Below are positions 53,773 through 64,000 of a stretch of 64,000 nucleotides of DNA, piece by piece (the stretch's first letter is position 1; the number at the start of each line of letters is the position of its first letter). Below the pieces are notes generated by a model. The model searched no databases and had not been told where the DNA came from. It saw only the letters and a program-made list of their open reading frames with translations. The translations under genes and the position numbers were made by a program. Source of the DNA: Spirochaetia bacterium (GTDB taxonomy: Bacteria > Spirochaetota > Spirochaetia > DSM-2461); NCBI GenBank assembly GCA_963668315.1, contig OY764216.1, positions 5,376,001-5,440,000 of the forward strand. Direction: 5' to 3'.

Positions 53773-56700
53773 TCATTTGGAGGGGGCATCCGCCTTGGAT
53801 TCCAAACGAGTGTTCGACGCGGATGCGCTGACACGAAGGACCTGAAACGCCTTGCCCTGCCCGCCAAGCTGGACCTGCTGCTCCGAGCCGAAGTACTGTT
53901 TCGAAAGCCTGGGGACCTGGCCGGCGGCGTAGCTGAACCACTCCAACACATCGGCGACTCCACGAGCGGCGGCGGGTCGGAGCGGACGTTCGATCAGCGG
54001 GCCGGTTTCGGCGGCATGGGCAGCCGCGAGAAGAGCGTAGGTCAGCAGACCGTGCCCCAGATCGTCTACCTCCTGGGCTTCGGCGTTGGAGCCAACGGCA
54101 GCCAGGGTGAAGGTGCCGCCCGACTTGCCAAGCTGTTCGATGGCGCCTCGAAACGCGAAAGGATCGTTTCCCTGGCGGTTCAGGCGGATGGCTCCGCCTG
54201 ACGCGCAGGTGTCGAAGATCAGGAGACGTTGCCTGGCAGGCACCTGCGATACGGCGTCGCCAAGCCGGTCGGCAGCCAGACCCTGGTCGCGGATATCGTC
54301 GGCGATTTGTCCGGCCCCAGCCTTAAATTCATGGGGCAGGAAGAAATAACGCTGGCCGACCATGGTTCCGTGTCCGGCCAGGAAGACGGCGAGCGTGTCT
54401 TCGGGCTTCGCCTTGGCGGCCACCGCCTCGACGGCGTCGAGGATATGCTGGCGGGTGGCTGCATGATTCAGCAGGACCGTGACCTGAACGTCTGCGAATA
54501 CGACCCGACTGCGTTCTTCGAGCAAGGCGGCAATTGCCTGCGCATCGGGAGCGGCATAGCGGAGGTTCAAGGACGATTGCTCGTAGTCGTTGATGCCGGC
54601 GGCCACGACATAGAGCGTGTTGCCTTGCGCCCCCTCGGCTTGCGGCTCAACCGATTGTTTCGTTTCGCGGGTGCCGGGCGGCGGGTCGACCTTTACGACC
54701 TCACTCGCGTGTGGCTTGCCGTCGGAGACGATTGGAAGGACGGGGAACGTCATTCCGGAACTGCTGTACTGGACGTCAGGCGACTGGCCGAAGTAGCGGC
54801 GTCCGAGTTCGCGGGTGTGGGAGGAGGCGAAGCTGAAGAGTTCCATCGCGTGGGCCACCTTGTCGCTTCCGGACGGCTGGACCCATTGTTCGACGAGCGG
54901 GCCGTCGTCGACCGCCTTGAGCCCGGCGAGAAGGGAATAGGCCAGGATTCCGTGGCCCAGCTCTTCCACTTCCCGGGCCTGCTCCGCAACGGAGGAGGAC
55001 GCGATCGTGAAGGCTCCCTGGGCTCGGCTGAGCCGTTCCACGGCCCCGCGGAACGCGAAGGGATTGCGGGACGACTTCTGTACGGGCAGGGCTCCACCGG
55101 ACTGGCCCGTGTCGAACACGATCATACGTTTCAGGGCGGGCACCTGGGCCAGGGCGTCGCCCAGGTTGGCGGCAGGAAGCCCCTTGCGGCGAATGGCGTC
55201 TTCCAGAGAATCGTCGCCTCGGCGGAAATCCTGAGGGAGGAAGTAGAAGGTCTGGTCGACGAGCGAGCCGTGGCCGGCGAGGAAGACGACGACCGTATCC
55301 TGGGGCCGGGCCTGTTCCGCGAGCGAGGCAATCGCCCCGAGAATACCGGCCGAGGTGGCGGCCTCGTTCTGCAGCGACACGACCTGCACGTCTTCGTAAA
55401 GGGCTCCGCCACGCTGGGCGAAGACCTGGGCGATCCGGTCGGCATCGTGGACGGGGAAGCTCATGGCCAGCGACGGTTCGGCGTAGTTTTCGATGCCCAC
55501 GACGAGCACGTGGAGCCGGGATTTCGGCAAGGGCTTGCTGTAGCGAAGGGTGAGGCGAGCCGGTTCGCTTTCAAAGCTGCCGTCGGCGCTGGCGGAGACG
55601 ACTTCGAGGACGTTTTCGCCCTGAATCAGTTCGACGGCGAAGGTGCGGCGGATGCCGCCTTCGATTCGTTCGGTGGAGTGGACCGCGCCGATGAGCCGGG
55701 CGCCGTTGTGCTTGAGGGAGGGGCCTTTGATGCCGCCGCCCTGGTCCTTAGCGGTCACGGTGAGGGTGAGCCGGTTCTGTTCCACATCGCCACCCGCCTG
55801 GGGCGAGTCGATCACCAGCAGCGGCGGCAGTTCCTCACCGAGGACGACATCGGGTTTGGGCCGTTCGCCGCGCCAGATAGCGGCCAGCAGTCCGGGATAG
55901 TAGAAGTCCTGGAAGAAACGATCGACGGGGACGACGTTCAGTCCGTCGCCGATGCGGAAGAGGACTTTCTGCCGAGCATTGTAGCTGCCGTCGAAGAGAC
56001 CTTCGGGGGTGACGACGAGCCAGTCGGCGGTCGTTCGCAGGCTGGTGTCTTCGGAAATACGGAATCGGCTAAGGGTAACCATTCGGCAGATCTCTTCGAG
56101 GGTCTGCTGATCGCGGACACGGACCCAGCCGTCGCCGTCGACGGTGACGAGAAGCCCTTCGTGCGAGGGCAGCACCACGCTTCGAACGCCTTCCATTTCG
56201 CGGAAGGCGCGGCTTTTTCCAGTTTCCAGATCGACGATACCGATGCCATGGTCGCCCGCATATGCGGCCAGTTTTCGGCGGGGGTCGATGCTTACGGAAC
56301 GAGCGTTTTTCCATGCTCGTGGAAAGAGGCGTACTTGATCAGTGGCGAAATCCCAGCGTTTGTATCCCCACTCCCCATAGAGCCAGGCCGAGTCTTCGTC
56401 GGCGAAGACCGCTCCCAGCCCCCCGCAGTTCGGGTCCCACCGGTTGGGATGAACGTCGTCGTCGGACGAAGCGACTTCCTTCCAAGTCGTAGTATTCCAG
56501 AGGCGGAGCGAGAAATCCGTTACGGTCAGCAACTTCTTGCCGGACGGAGAGAAAGCGATGCCGACCACGTCGTACGTTGTGGTGGAATCCCCAGTCACGT
56601 TTCCGAACAAAGGCGTGATCTGCCGTCCGGCCTGCGTGTCGTAAACACGAGTGACATGATATGTGCCATATTCGAGGCTTCTTTCATTCTCTTCTGCGTT

Positions 56701-58635
56701 TGACAAGAAGTCTGCAACGGCGAGGAGTTTGCCGTCGGGGCTGAACGATGCGGCGGCGCAGTGGTCCTGGAAATCCTCGAGTCTTGCGATTTCGTGACCA
56801 GAGACCAGATCAATCAACCGACCGTGATAAGCACGATCAGTGTCAGAATTCCACGCGCCGCGTTCATGGCTTGGGACAAAGGCAGTCGTGCCGTCTGGTG
56901 ATACATGAAGCTCGTTTGTGTCGGCACCGCTATCCGAAACAGAAAATCTCATGTCTCCGGGAATGACGGCGTCCAGAATTCCACGTTTCATATCCCAGAC
57001 CGAAGCGAGTCCCCAATGCTTCTCGTCGTCATCATCATTGCCACCCAAAGCACCAACGAAGAGCAGGTCATTGTCTTTCAATCCAGTTGCAGCCACTGGA
57101 TCGTTCACGGCATCATTCCAGCGGACCTCCGACAGGAGTTTGCCGGTCACGCTCCAGACCTGCGCGGCACCGCCTGAGGCCTCCCCTAGGGGGCTGTGTC
57201 CGCGAGTTCGCAGAAGAGCTTGTCCGCCGTCGACGTAGGCAAGGGAACGCGTTCCAAGCTTGTCGCGTGTGTCGAATTTCTTGACAAGTTTGCCTTCAGG
57301 CACGGAGAATAGGTGGACGAAATACCTGTCGTCTGGAACGTGTCCGGTGAAGAGGTTGACTTGGTAATGGCGGGTGACGCCCACCGCAAGTTCCTTGCCA
57401 TCGTCCCGGAACGCAATGCATGTCGGTTCCGGGGCGGGAAGGGGGCCGAACATGCCTTTATGCTGCTCGCCGACCAGCAGACCGATTTGTTCCTGCGTTC
57501 TGGCATCCCAGAGTTCGCATCGTTCGGGTTCGTCCGTGCAGCACCCGGTGAGTGCCAAGCAGGAACCATCGTACGACAGCAGGAGTTCTCGCAGACTCAT
57601 CTTGTGGTGCGCCCTGCTGATCTGTTTGCCGTCGCGGTCGAATACGGCCACTTCGTGCTTGAAGCGACCGGAGCGGGAACGCTTGCGGGCCAAGCCGTTG
57701 GACCGCAGGACGAAGGAGCTGCTGTCACCCGCAAAGGCGCGGGAGGCCGCGGCCAACTCAAGACCCTCCAGTTGCGACAGAATCTGCCCCGACGTCGTGT
57801 CGATCAAGAACGTGTTCTTATGGTGGTAGGCCAGGAGTCGTGTCCCATCCGGCGAGAACTCGACAATGTCGGGGGAGTCAGGCATGTCCACATGTCGTTC
57901 GACCTTGGTATGAAGATCGCAGAGAAGAAGGCTCTTCTCGGCGTGTAAGCAAAGATAGCGGCCATCGGGCGAGAATACTCGCTGAAAGAGCTGCTCGCAA
58001 TCTTCATCGTAGTTGAACTGATGTGCCTCGAATTGCTTGACCACTCGCCCTTTGGCAACGTCAAAGAGCTTGGAGGACGGCCCTTTCGACACGAGCACGT
58101 ATCGGCCGTCTGGTGATAATACGGGCGGCTCGCAACCGCCTTTGGGCATTGGGATAGTGCGCAACCGGTGGCCTCGGCGCACATCCCAGAGAATCATCTG
58201 GTAGTTATACGAAAAGTCGTCATACGTTGCCAGGAAGCGTGCGTTGCGGTCGTGCGAAATTGTGCCGTCGAAATCGCCCGGGTGACCGACATTGATGATG
58301 ATCTCCGGTTTCGCGGGTGCAGTGCCGGTTGCGCCGGGTGAGCCCGTCGGGGCGACTGCTGCCGGGAGGGAGATTACCGTGCGGTCGATCCAGCCGTTCA
58401 AACTCTGATCACCAATCTCGAAGGTCCCGCGGAGCCACGTGTCATCGGCCGCTTCGATGCGGAACCGGGTTCCCACGGGCACAGTTGCGATGACGTCGTC
58501 GCCGGAGTACAGGTCCGCATCGCGCTGCGTCGTGACCGTTTGTCCGACCTTGACCGTTTCCTGGGACCATGCGGAGGTCACAACGGCAAGACCGATGATC
58601 CATGCCGCCATGGCTCTGGTGTGGCTGCGTTTCAT
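53773..58635 (-). CDS. Secreted SH3-like/WD40/Ig-like protein with two tandem caspase-like (peptidase C14) domains
   Basis: Signal peptide; many FSPDG WD40 blades; FLAGHG...FDTGQSG and FLAGHG...FDTCASG. Confidence 0.88.
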   Translation of the reverse strand: MKRSHTRAMAAWIIGLAVVTSAWSQETVKVGQTVTTQRDADLYSGDDVIATVPVGTRFRIEAADDTWLRGTFEIGDQSLNGWIDRTVISLPAAVAPTGSPGATGTAPAKPEIIINVGHPGDFDGTISHDRNARFLATYDDFSYNYQMILWDVRRGHRLRTIPMPKGGCEPPVLSPDGRYVLVSKGPSSKLFDVAKGRVVKQFEAHQFNYDEDCEQLFQRVFSPDGRYLCLHAEKSLLLCDLHTKVERHVDMPDSPDIVEFSPDGTRLLAYHHKNTFLIDTTSGQILSQLEGLELAAASRAFAGDSSSFVLRSNGLARKRSRSGRFKHEVAVFDRDGKQISRAHHKMSLRELLLSYDGSCLALTGCCTDEPERCELWDARTQEQIGLLVGEQHKGMFGPLPAPEPTCIAFRDDGKELAVGVTRHYQVNLFTGHVPDDRYFVHLFSVPEGKLVKKFDTRDKLGTRSLAYVDGGQALLRTRGHSPLGEASGGAAQVWSVTGKLLSEVRWNDAVNDPVAATGLKDNDLLFVGALGGNDDDDEKHWGLASVWDMKRGILDAVIPGDMRFSVSDSGADTNELHVSPDGTTAFVPSHERGAWNSDTDRAYHGRLIDLVSGHEIARLEDFQDHCAAASFSPDGKLLAVADFLSNAEENERSLEYGTYHVTRVYDTQAGRQITPLFGNVTGDSTTTYDVVGIAFSPSGKKLLTVTDFSLRLWNTTTWKEVASSDDDVHPNRWDPNCGGLGAVFADEDSAWLYGEWGYKRWDFATDQVRLFPRAWKNARSVSIDPRRKLAAYAGDHGIGIVDLETGKSRAFREMEGVRSVVLPSHEGLLVTVDGDGWVRVRDQQTLEEICRMVTLSRFRISEDTSLRTTADWLVVTPEGLFDGSYNARQKVLFRIGDGLNVVPVDRFFQDFYYPGLLAAIWRGERPKPDVVLGEELPPLLVIDSPQAGGDVEQNRLTLTVTAKDQGGGIKGPSLKHNGARLIGAVHSTERIEGGIRRTFAVELIQGENVLEVVSASADGSFESEPARLTLRYSKPLPKSRLHVLVVGIENYAEPSLAMSFPVHDADRIAQVFAQRGGALYEDVQVVSLQNEAATSAGILGAIASLAEQARPQDTVVVFLAGHGSLVDQTFYFLPQDFRRGDDSLEDAIRRKGLPAANLGDALAQVPALKRMIVFDTGQSGGALPVQKSSRNPFAFRGAVERLSRAQGAFTIASSSVAEQAREVEELGHGILAYSLLAGLKAVDDGPLVEQWVQPSGSDKVAHAMELFSFASSHTRELGRRYFGQSPDVQYSSSGMTFPVLPIVSDGKPHASEVVKVDPPPGTRETKQSVEPQAEGAQGNTLYVVAAGINDYEQSSLNLRYAAPDAQAIAALLEERSRVVFADVQVTVLLNHAATRQHILDAVEAVAAKAKPEDTLAVFLAGHGTMVGQRYFFLPHEFKAGAGQIADDIRDQGLAADRLGDAVSQVPARQRLLIFDTCASGGAIRLNRQGNDPFAFRGAIEQLGKSGGTFTLAAVGSNAEAQEVDDLGHGLLTYALLAAAHAAETGPLIERPLRPAAARGVADVLEWFSYAAGQVPRLSKQYFGSEQQVQLGGQGKAFQVLRVSASASNTRLESKADAPSK

Positions 58636-58701
58636 GGGAACACCTCGTCCGATTTTCGTCCAAAGCCATACTTCGACGCGATCTGCTTCAGGGAAACGGC
58701 C

Positions 58702-60741
58702 TCACTCTTCCAGCAAGCGATCCAACTCGCGTTCGTCGACGTAGCGGATGTTGATCACGCCGAGGAGGCGCCCGGCGTTGAAGTTCTCGCATTTCAACTC
58801 GCGAGCTTCCTCGGGACCTTCTCCCGAACCGAGCGCGCGGCCTCGTTCGGCATAGAAGGCTGCGGTGATCATGCCGATCGAGTCGCCGAAGTTCTGTCGC
58901 ATCGCCACCGAGTCGGCCACGTCGACGAAACGGAAGCGTTTCATGGCAAAGTCACTCGGATCGCCCGACGCCGTGACTTCGCCCTTCGGAAGATACCAGC
59001 CTTCGAAGGTGTGGGTGCATGGCTGTTCCGGATCGTCCGACGGCTCGAGGAGCCAGGACCATGCCTTGCCCAGGCGTTCCCGTTTCTGACCGAGGATGTT
59101 GATCCCGTCGACGAGAACGGTTGCCGCCGCTTTCTCGCGATAGTGATTCTGGATGCGAATCTCGAACAGCTCGTTTTCGCTCGCGGCAATCAACAACTCG
59201 CGGGTGATCTTGCCGTCTGCGGTGGTGGGCCGCTGGGATGTGACGACGAAGTCCTTCCGTTTGCGGGGAGTGTTCTTGGTGATTCGCTTCTCGTCTTCGG
59301 CCAGAACGGACCAGACCTCGACCTGAAAGGGAAACGCATCCTCGCCCCGAAGCAGCATGGGATGGTCCCGGTCGGACTGGGCGTGGTTGACGACTTCGAC
59401 GTTGTAGGGGCCTCCTTCGGGTCGACCGCTTGTGGTGAAGCTGCCGCCGCAGTCGCCCACGAGGTCTTCGCTCAGGGGGAGCACGCCGCTGGGGGTCGCG
59501 AGACTGGCGCCGTCCTCGGTCGAAACGAGGTCGCACTGGACGTTCATGTTCGTTCCGCGGCGCCGCAAGACGCCCGTGATCAATGCATCGATGCCCTCGT
59601 CCCGGCGAAGTGGTTCCATGCGAGCCGGGTTGCCGAGGGCCTCGACCTGAAGCCCCTTCGCGGCCTTCGACAGGGAATCGGTCGACAGGACGCAATAGGC
59701 ATCGTCGGCGAGTTTCTTCAATTCCACGTGGACCCGTTCGGCGCAGTAGGCCGGCAGATTGGCGGCGGCCAGGGCTTCTGTTCTGCCCATGGGTTGGAGG
59801 AATTCCAGGACACCGACCTTTCCGAGTTTGCGGCGGCGGATCTCCAGGTCGAGGTGTTCCGCGAGGCGCCGGCAGAGCGTTTCGGGCGGTTCCGGGCGAA
59901 GTGTGAGCACGACGGGAAAGCCGCTGTCGAGCGGATACATGGCGGGATTCTGTTGAAATCCGAAGACCTGGGCGGCCGTACTGGAGACGCGTTCGTAGGT
60001 GTACTTGTAAACCTCGTCGGCGGTCACGCGCCCGTTGCCGTCGCCGTCGGCGCCGCCTTCGAGGGCGCGGCAGAGCCAGTAGGTGAAGATGCCGTTCCGC
60101 CGTTCGGCCCACTCGTAGCTCTTCTCGTCTGCACGGCAGCTTGCCAGGACCATGCAGCCGGTGACGGGCTCGGGCAGAATGGCCTTGGCCACGGCTGCCG
60201 CGTCCAGGCCGGAGGGTTCCACCGATTTCGAGTTACCCGCGTGACAGCAGTCGAGGATGAGGAATTTGGTGGCGGCCCGGCACTCGGTGAGGAAGTTCCG
60301 CATCTCCTCGGCGGGAAGGGCCGACTCCTCGATGGAATTGACGTCGAAGTCCCTGGGAATCAGATACGTCTTTCCATTTGAGGGATGCCCGTGTCCGCTG
60401 AAATAGACGAGCACGTGATCCTCCGGGCCCGCTTTGCTGAGCAGTTTGGGAATCTCGCGGCGCAGGTTCGCCAGGGTGGGTTTCAGCGAATCGGCGGACT
60501 GGTCGGTCATCAGCAAGAGATGGTCTTCGGGGATCCCGGCACGCTGTATCAGGATCTCTGCCGTATCGCCGGCGTCACTGCCGGTGAAACGCAGGTCCCA
60601 GCGGTGGTCGTCGTGTTGTTGGACGCTGATGACGACAGCCCATTGCTCACCGATCTCGGCTCTCGCGGCGGAAGTCGTTCCATGGGCCAGGGCGACGAGG
60701 ACGCATATCGCGATCGTTGAACAGCGTAGGAGATACTGCAT
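58702..60741 (-). CDS. Secreted caspase-like (C14) protein with uncharacterised C-terminal domains
   Basis: Signal peptide; YFSGHG, LDCCHAG, GIFTY, ADGDGNGRVTADE. Confidence 0.88.
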   Translation of the reverse strand: MQYLLRCSTIAICVLVALAHGTTSAARAEIGEQWAVVISVQQHDDHRWDLRFTGSDAGDTAEILIQRAGIPEDHLLLMTDQSADSLKPTLANLRREIPKLLSKAGPEDHVLVYFSGHGHPSNGKTYLIPRDFDVNSIEESALPAEEMRNFLTECRAATKFLILDCCHAGNSKSVEPSGLDAAAVAKAILPEPVTGCMVLASCRADEKSYEWAERRNGIFTYWLCRALEGGADGDGNGRVTADEVYKYTYERVSSTAAQVFGFQQNPAMYPLDSGFPVVLTLRPEPPETLCRRLAEHLDLEIRRRKLGKVGVLEFLQPMGRTEALAAANLPAYCAERVHVELKKLADDAYCVLSTDSLSKAAKGLQVEALGNPARMEPLRRDEGIDALITGVLRRRGTNMNVQCDLVSTEDGASLATPSGVLPLSEDLVGDCGGSFTTSGRPEGGPYNVEVVNHAQSDRDHPMLLRGEDAFPFQVEVWSVLAEDEKRITKNTPRKRKDFVVTSQRPTTADGKITRELLIAASENELFEIRIQNHYREKAAATVLVDGINILGQKRERLGKAWSWLLEPSDDPEQPCTHTFEGWYLPKGEVTASGDPSDFAMKRFRFVDVADSVAMRQNFGDSIGMITAAFYAERGRALGSGEGPEEARELKCENFNAGRLLGVINIRYVDERELDRLLEE

Positions 60742-60805
60742 GATGAACTCCGGGAGAGGATTGCGTCAAAGGTGCAACGGCGATGCGGGGTCAGGCCGGG
60801 CCTGT

Positions 60806-63800
60806 TCAGGGAAGCACGGCGAGATTCACTTCGCTCACGGACATGGGTTTGTGGGCCGTGGGGTTCTGTTCGTTTCCGGTCATCCTTCGAACGCGAGTCT
60901 TCACGGACAGTTCGAGCTCGGTGAAGTTGAGCGTCCCATCGCCGTCGACGTCCGCCTCGGGAGCACTGAGTGTATCGAGGATTGCCTGGGTGAAGGCCCC
61001 GTGCTGCCAGGCGTTGCTTTCGATGCTGAGTTCCGAACTCATGGACGAGGCAAAAATGAGGGTCCCGGTTCCCTGCCAGTGTTCTCTTCCCATGGGGGCC
61101 ACAACTTCGAGCCCCTTGGTGCCCTTGATTCCGCCCGAGTGGCAGGTATCGACGAACATGATCACGTTGGTTCTCAACTCGCGCTCGATCCAATCGGTCA
61201 GCGTGCTGCGGGAGATCGTGGTATTGCGCAGGTCGTCGGGATCGAAATCGTGGGGGATCAGGTGCCACAGGCCGGAGTTGAAGGCTCCATGGCCGGAGAG
61301 CTGGATGAGCACGACATCCTTGCCGGGCTCGACGTTCTTGCTGACCCAGTCCATGGCTTTGCGGATATTGTCGGCGGTGGCGTCTTCATCGGTGAGGACG
61401 CGTGTGTGAACCTGCCGATACATTTTTCCTTCCTGGGACTTCCAGGCGTCGGCGAAGTCGATGGCGTCGCGATGGGCGAATTCCAGGTTGTATTTGGATT
61501 TCATGTACCTGGAGATGCCGATCGCGAGCACATAGAGGTTGGGCAATTCGGATGGTTTCAGAATTTCCGGCTGCGTGACGCGGCGATTGACGAGAAGCAC
61601 GCGTGAGGCGGACAGCGACTTGTAGTTCACGGCGGTGAAGACGATTTGGTTCTCGCCGGGGGTGAGATCCACGGTTTGGGTGCATTTTTTCCAGACCAGG
61701 TCGCCGTCGGTTCGCGAATCTGTCTCGATGTAGGGATCGACGGGTCGGCCGTTGATGCGGAGGCTGACTTCCTTGAGGCCGACCTGGGGGATGCTGCCAA
61801 CCTCGGCTTGAATTGTCAGGGAGGGGTTGTCGGTGGTCATTTCCATGCGGGGTTCGACGAAACGGATTCGGGGAGGGCGGTTTTCGTCGAATTCCTTGCG
61901 ATCGGTGAAGTTGATCGGCGCCGGCGGTTTCACGGACTGCCGTTTCAGGGATTGGTTGGCCATGGCCAGCGCGTTTTCGCAGTTGCCCTGTCGACGACTT
62001 CGGAAATCACATCCGGCCTGTAGAGGACGGGGGCGAATTGATCGACGCTGTAGAAATCCGCGGGCATTTCCCGCTCCTGGTTGACATGCCATCCGACGTA
62101 TTGGCCGCCACGGGAGGAGGCGTCGTAGAATCCGCCACGCGTCCAGGCGACCCATTCTCCGTCCTCGGCGAAGAAGAGACTGAGGATGGGTTCGAGGATG
62201 TCCGGGCGTTTCGCAAGTCTTACGTTGATCGTTTTGGTTGCCGTTCCTGCGAAGACCCAGGCGAAACGCTCCTTGCGACGAATTCGGAGTTCGACCATCT
62301 GGCCCTCCCGGAATTCCCCGCGCATCATTCGGGGCACGCGTGAGTAGTAGGGCTGTCCTGCAAATGACACGATTTCATCTTTGGCCTGGAGACCGGCCGC
62401 CTCTCCATAGCTTCCAGGGGGAACGCTGTACACACGATTTCCGTCCATGATCACGTCCAGGTCGGCCAGATCTCGATTCGATGTGATCGGCCAGATCCGA
62501 ATTGTTCCATCGAGTGACGAGGTGGCCAGCAAGGTCTTATCGGGCGACTCCTCGATGGCAGTGATGGTGTTGAGGTGGCCCAGATACTCCTTGGCGATTC
62601 CCCAGGCGTTCGCGTTTTGGGGGCCAGGAACTCCGAGCATAGCCAGCCTGCCGGTCTCGCTTCCGATGAAGACGGGACACAGTTTGCCGTCCAGGAGCGT
62701 ATCGTTGCCGAAAATGAAACTGTAGGGATTGCCGAACCCGAAAGTACGAAACGACTTGAATTCACGACCGTCGCGCAAGACCGACAGGTTCATGATTCCG
62801 TTGACGACATTTCCGTCGTCGTCGGTGGCCGGAGTCCGGTCGAAGGAAAGTCGACTGTTGTCCCACGGGGATCGCCTGGTGGGATAGGCGGGTTTGTCCG
62901 GTGCGGCTTGGACGTCGGCCTCGTGGCGACGTAACAAGTCGAAACGCTTGTCGGTCGGCCCACAGCGGTTGTAGTTGTATTGTTCCTGGCCATAGGCCTC
63001 ATCGGCAAACTGAAGCGACTTACCGTCATCGCTCCAAGCCACCCCATAGATGGGACGGCTCTTGGGACGGAAGTGATGGAGTTGTTTTCCCGTTCTCGCG
63101 TTCCACACATGGATTTCACCGATCGCATCGGCACTGGCGGCCAAACCGTCTCCTCCATTCGCGTCCTCATTGAGCGACACAGCGGTGGGCAGATAGCAGT
63201 GTTTGGTGTAGAGGGTTGCGGGTCGCGAAGAGCCTTGTCTCCACAATCCGATCCAGTAGTTGGTCGGCTGCAGCGGGTTTTGTGTCATCCCGCCCCGGGC
63301 ATATCGATAGTAGCCGTCATTCTGGATCTTGCCGGGCGTGGTGAATTGAGGCATCGTTTGCGTGTTGGCCAACCGAATGCGATCTTCCTCCTTTTCGAGG
63401 TTCCGGATTGAGGCGGGCCATTGGTCCATGTTGTCTGCACTGATGAGGCCCTTGTCACGGAGGGAAACGACTAATTTGTCGGTGCAGGGCGAACGCAGAA
63501 CGAGCCAGTTTTCGTCGACGGGAAAGCCGAAATAGCTGTAGGGGATGTTGTCGACCTGCATTCCCTTCCCGAAGATGTCTGGAACATCAAGAAACGCTCT
63601 TGCGTCGCCCTCTTCCTCCAACCATTCGAAGATGTAAATGTGTCCGTCGCAGCCGTAGGTTGCGAGTTTCGTGCCATCGGGGGAGAATTCGACACCGAGC
63701 GTGCAACCGGTGTGTCCGGGCAGCAGTTTGTGGATGCGAGTCAGATCGTCCATGGCGTAGACGCGGGTCGATCCCAACTCCGTGCTGTCGCTGATGCCGA

Positions 63801-64000
63801 CCAACAGGAAACGGCCACACGGGGAAAACGCCACGTCGTTGACTCTGCCAAGCTTGTGAGCTCCCGGTTCTTGGTAGCCTCGCAGGGATGTGTGGAGCAT
63901 GCCAGTCGTCAGGTTCCAGATACGAGCCTGCTTTCCGCCGACGGCCGCCAACCACTTTCCGTCAGGGCTGATCGAAAGCGCCTTGACGGGCACGCCGGAG
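60806..64000 (-). pseudogene. WD40-PDZ-Ig-caspase (C14) protein split by a 1-nt frameshift near 61993; 5' end outside the window
   Basis: ORF 61945..63993 (WD40, PDZ, WVAWT..GFYDAS linker) continues in ORF 60806..62155 (QLSGHG, VDTCHSG). Adding one C restores EVVRQGNCENAL. Confidence 0.8.

Noticed and set aside
1..64000. CRISPR array, tRNA/rRNA, IS element or prophage
   Set aside because: No regularly spaced repeats, RNA gene signatures, transposase, integrase or phage genes were recognised

Overview
Bacterial DNA that appears to come from two sources joined at about 52,912. The left part (1 to ~52.9 kb) looks like an anaerobic diderm, plausibly a free-living spirochaete (inference from lipoproteins, beta-barrel proteins and an ODP-like domain). 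It carries a class III cyclase-like gene, a GH120 beta-xylosidase, Moco biosynthesis genes, a flavinylated flavocytochrome-c-type lipoprotein, fucO, a GntR/CyuA(YhaM) pair, panE, a stand-alone Nif11-like peptide and a large HPr-domain protein. Two loci stand out. (i) A tightly coupled five-gene operon with its own sigma70 promoter: Methanosarcina-type mtaC-mtaB-ramA, then DUF1638, then a giant pseudokinase-AAA-GAF-PAS-histidine kinase-receiver protein. There is no MtaA-type methyl acceptor, so this is a candidate corrinoid-based methanol-sensing system and my top pick. (ii) A putative exopolysaccharide locus (HEAT-GT2 synthase, TIM-barrel hydrolase, GH16, deacetylase) with a STAS/PP2C partner switch and a degenerate ODP-GGDEF-REC protein. 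At ~52,912 a deacetylase gene breaks in frame into the 3' part of a BNR/sialidase gene, and the composition shifts to CG-rich, Planctomycete-like DNA. That segment encodes three tandem caspase-like (peptidase C14) proteins with WD40/PDZ/SH3 modules; two have visible signal peptides and one is frameshifted. I saw no rRNA, tRNA, CRISPR array or transposase. All assignments come from motif recognition by eye; no searches were run.
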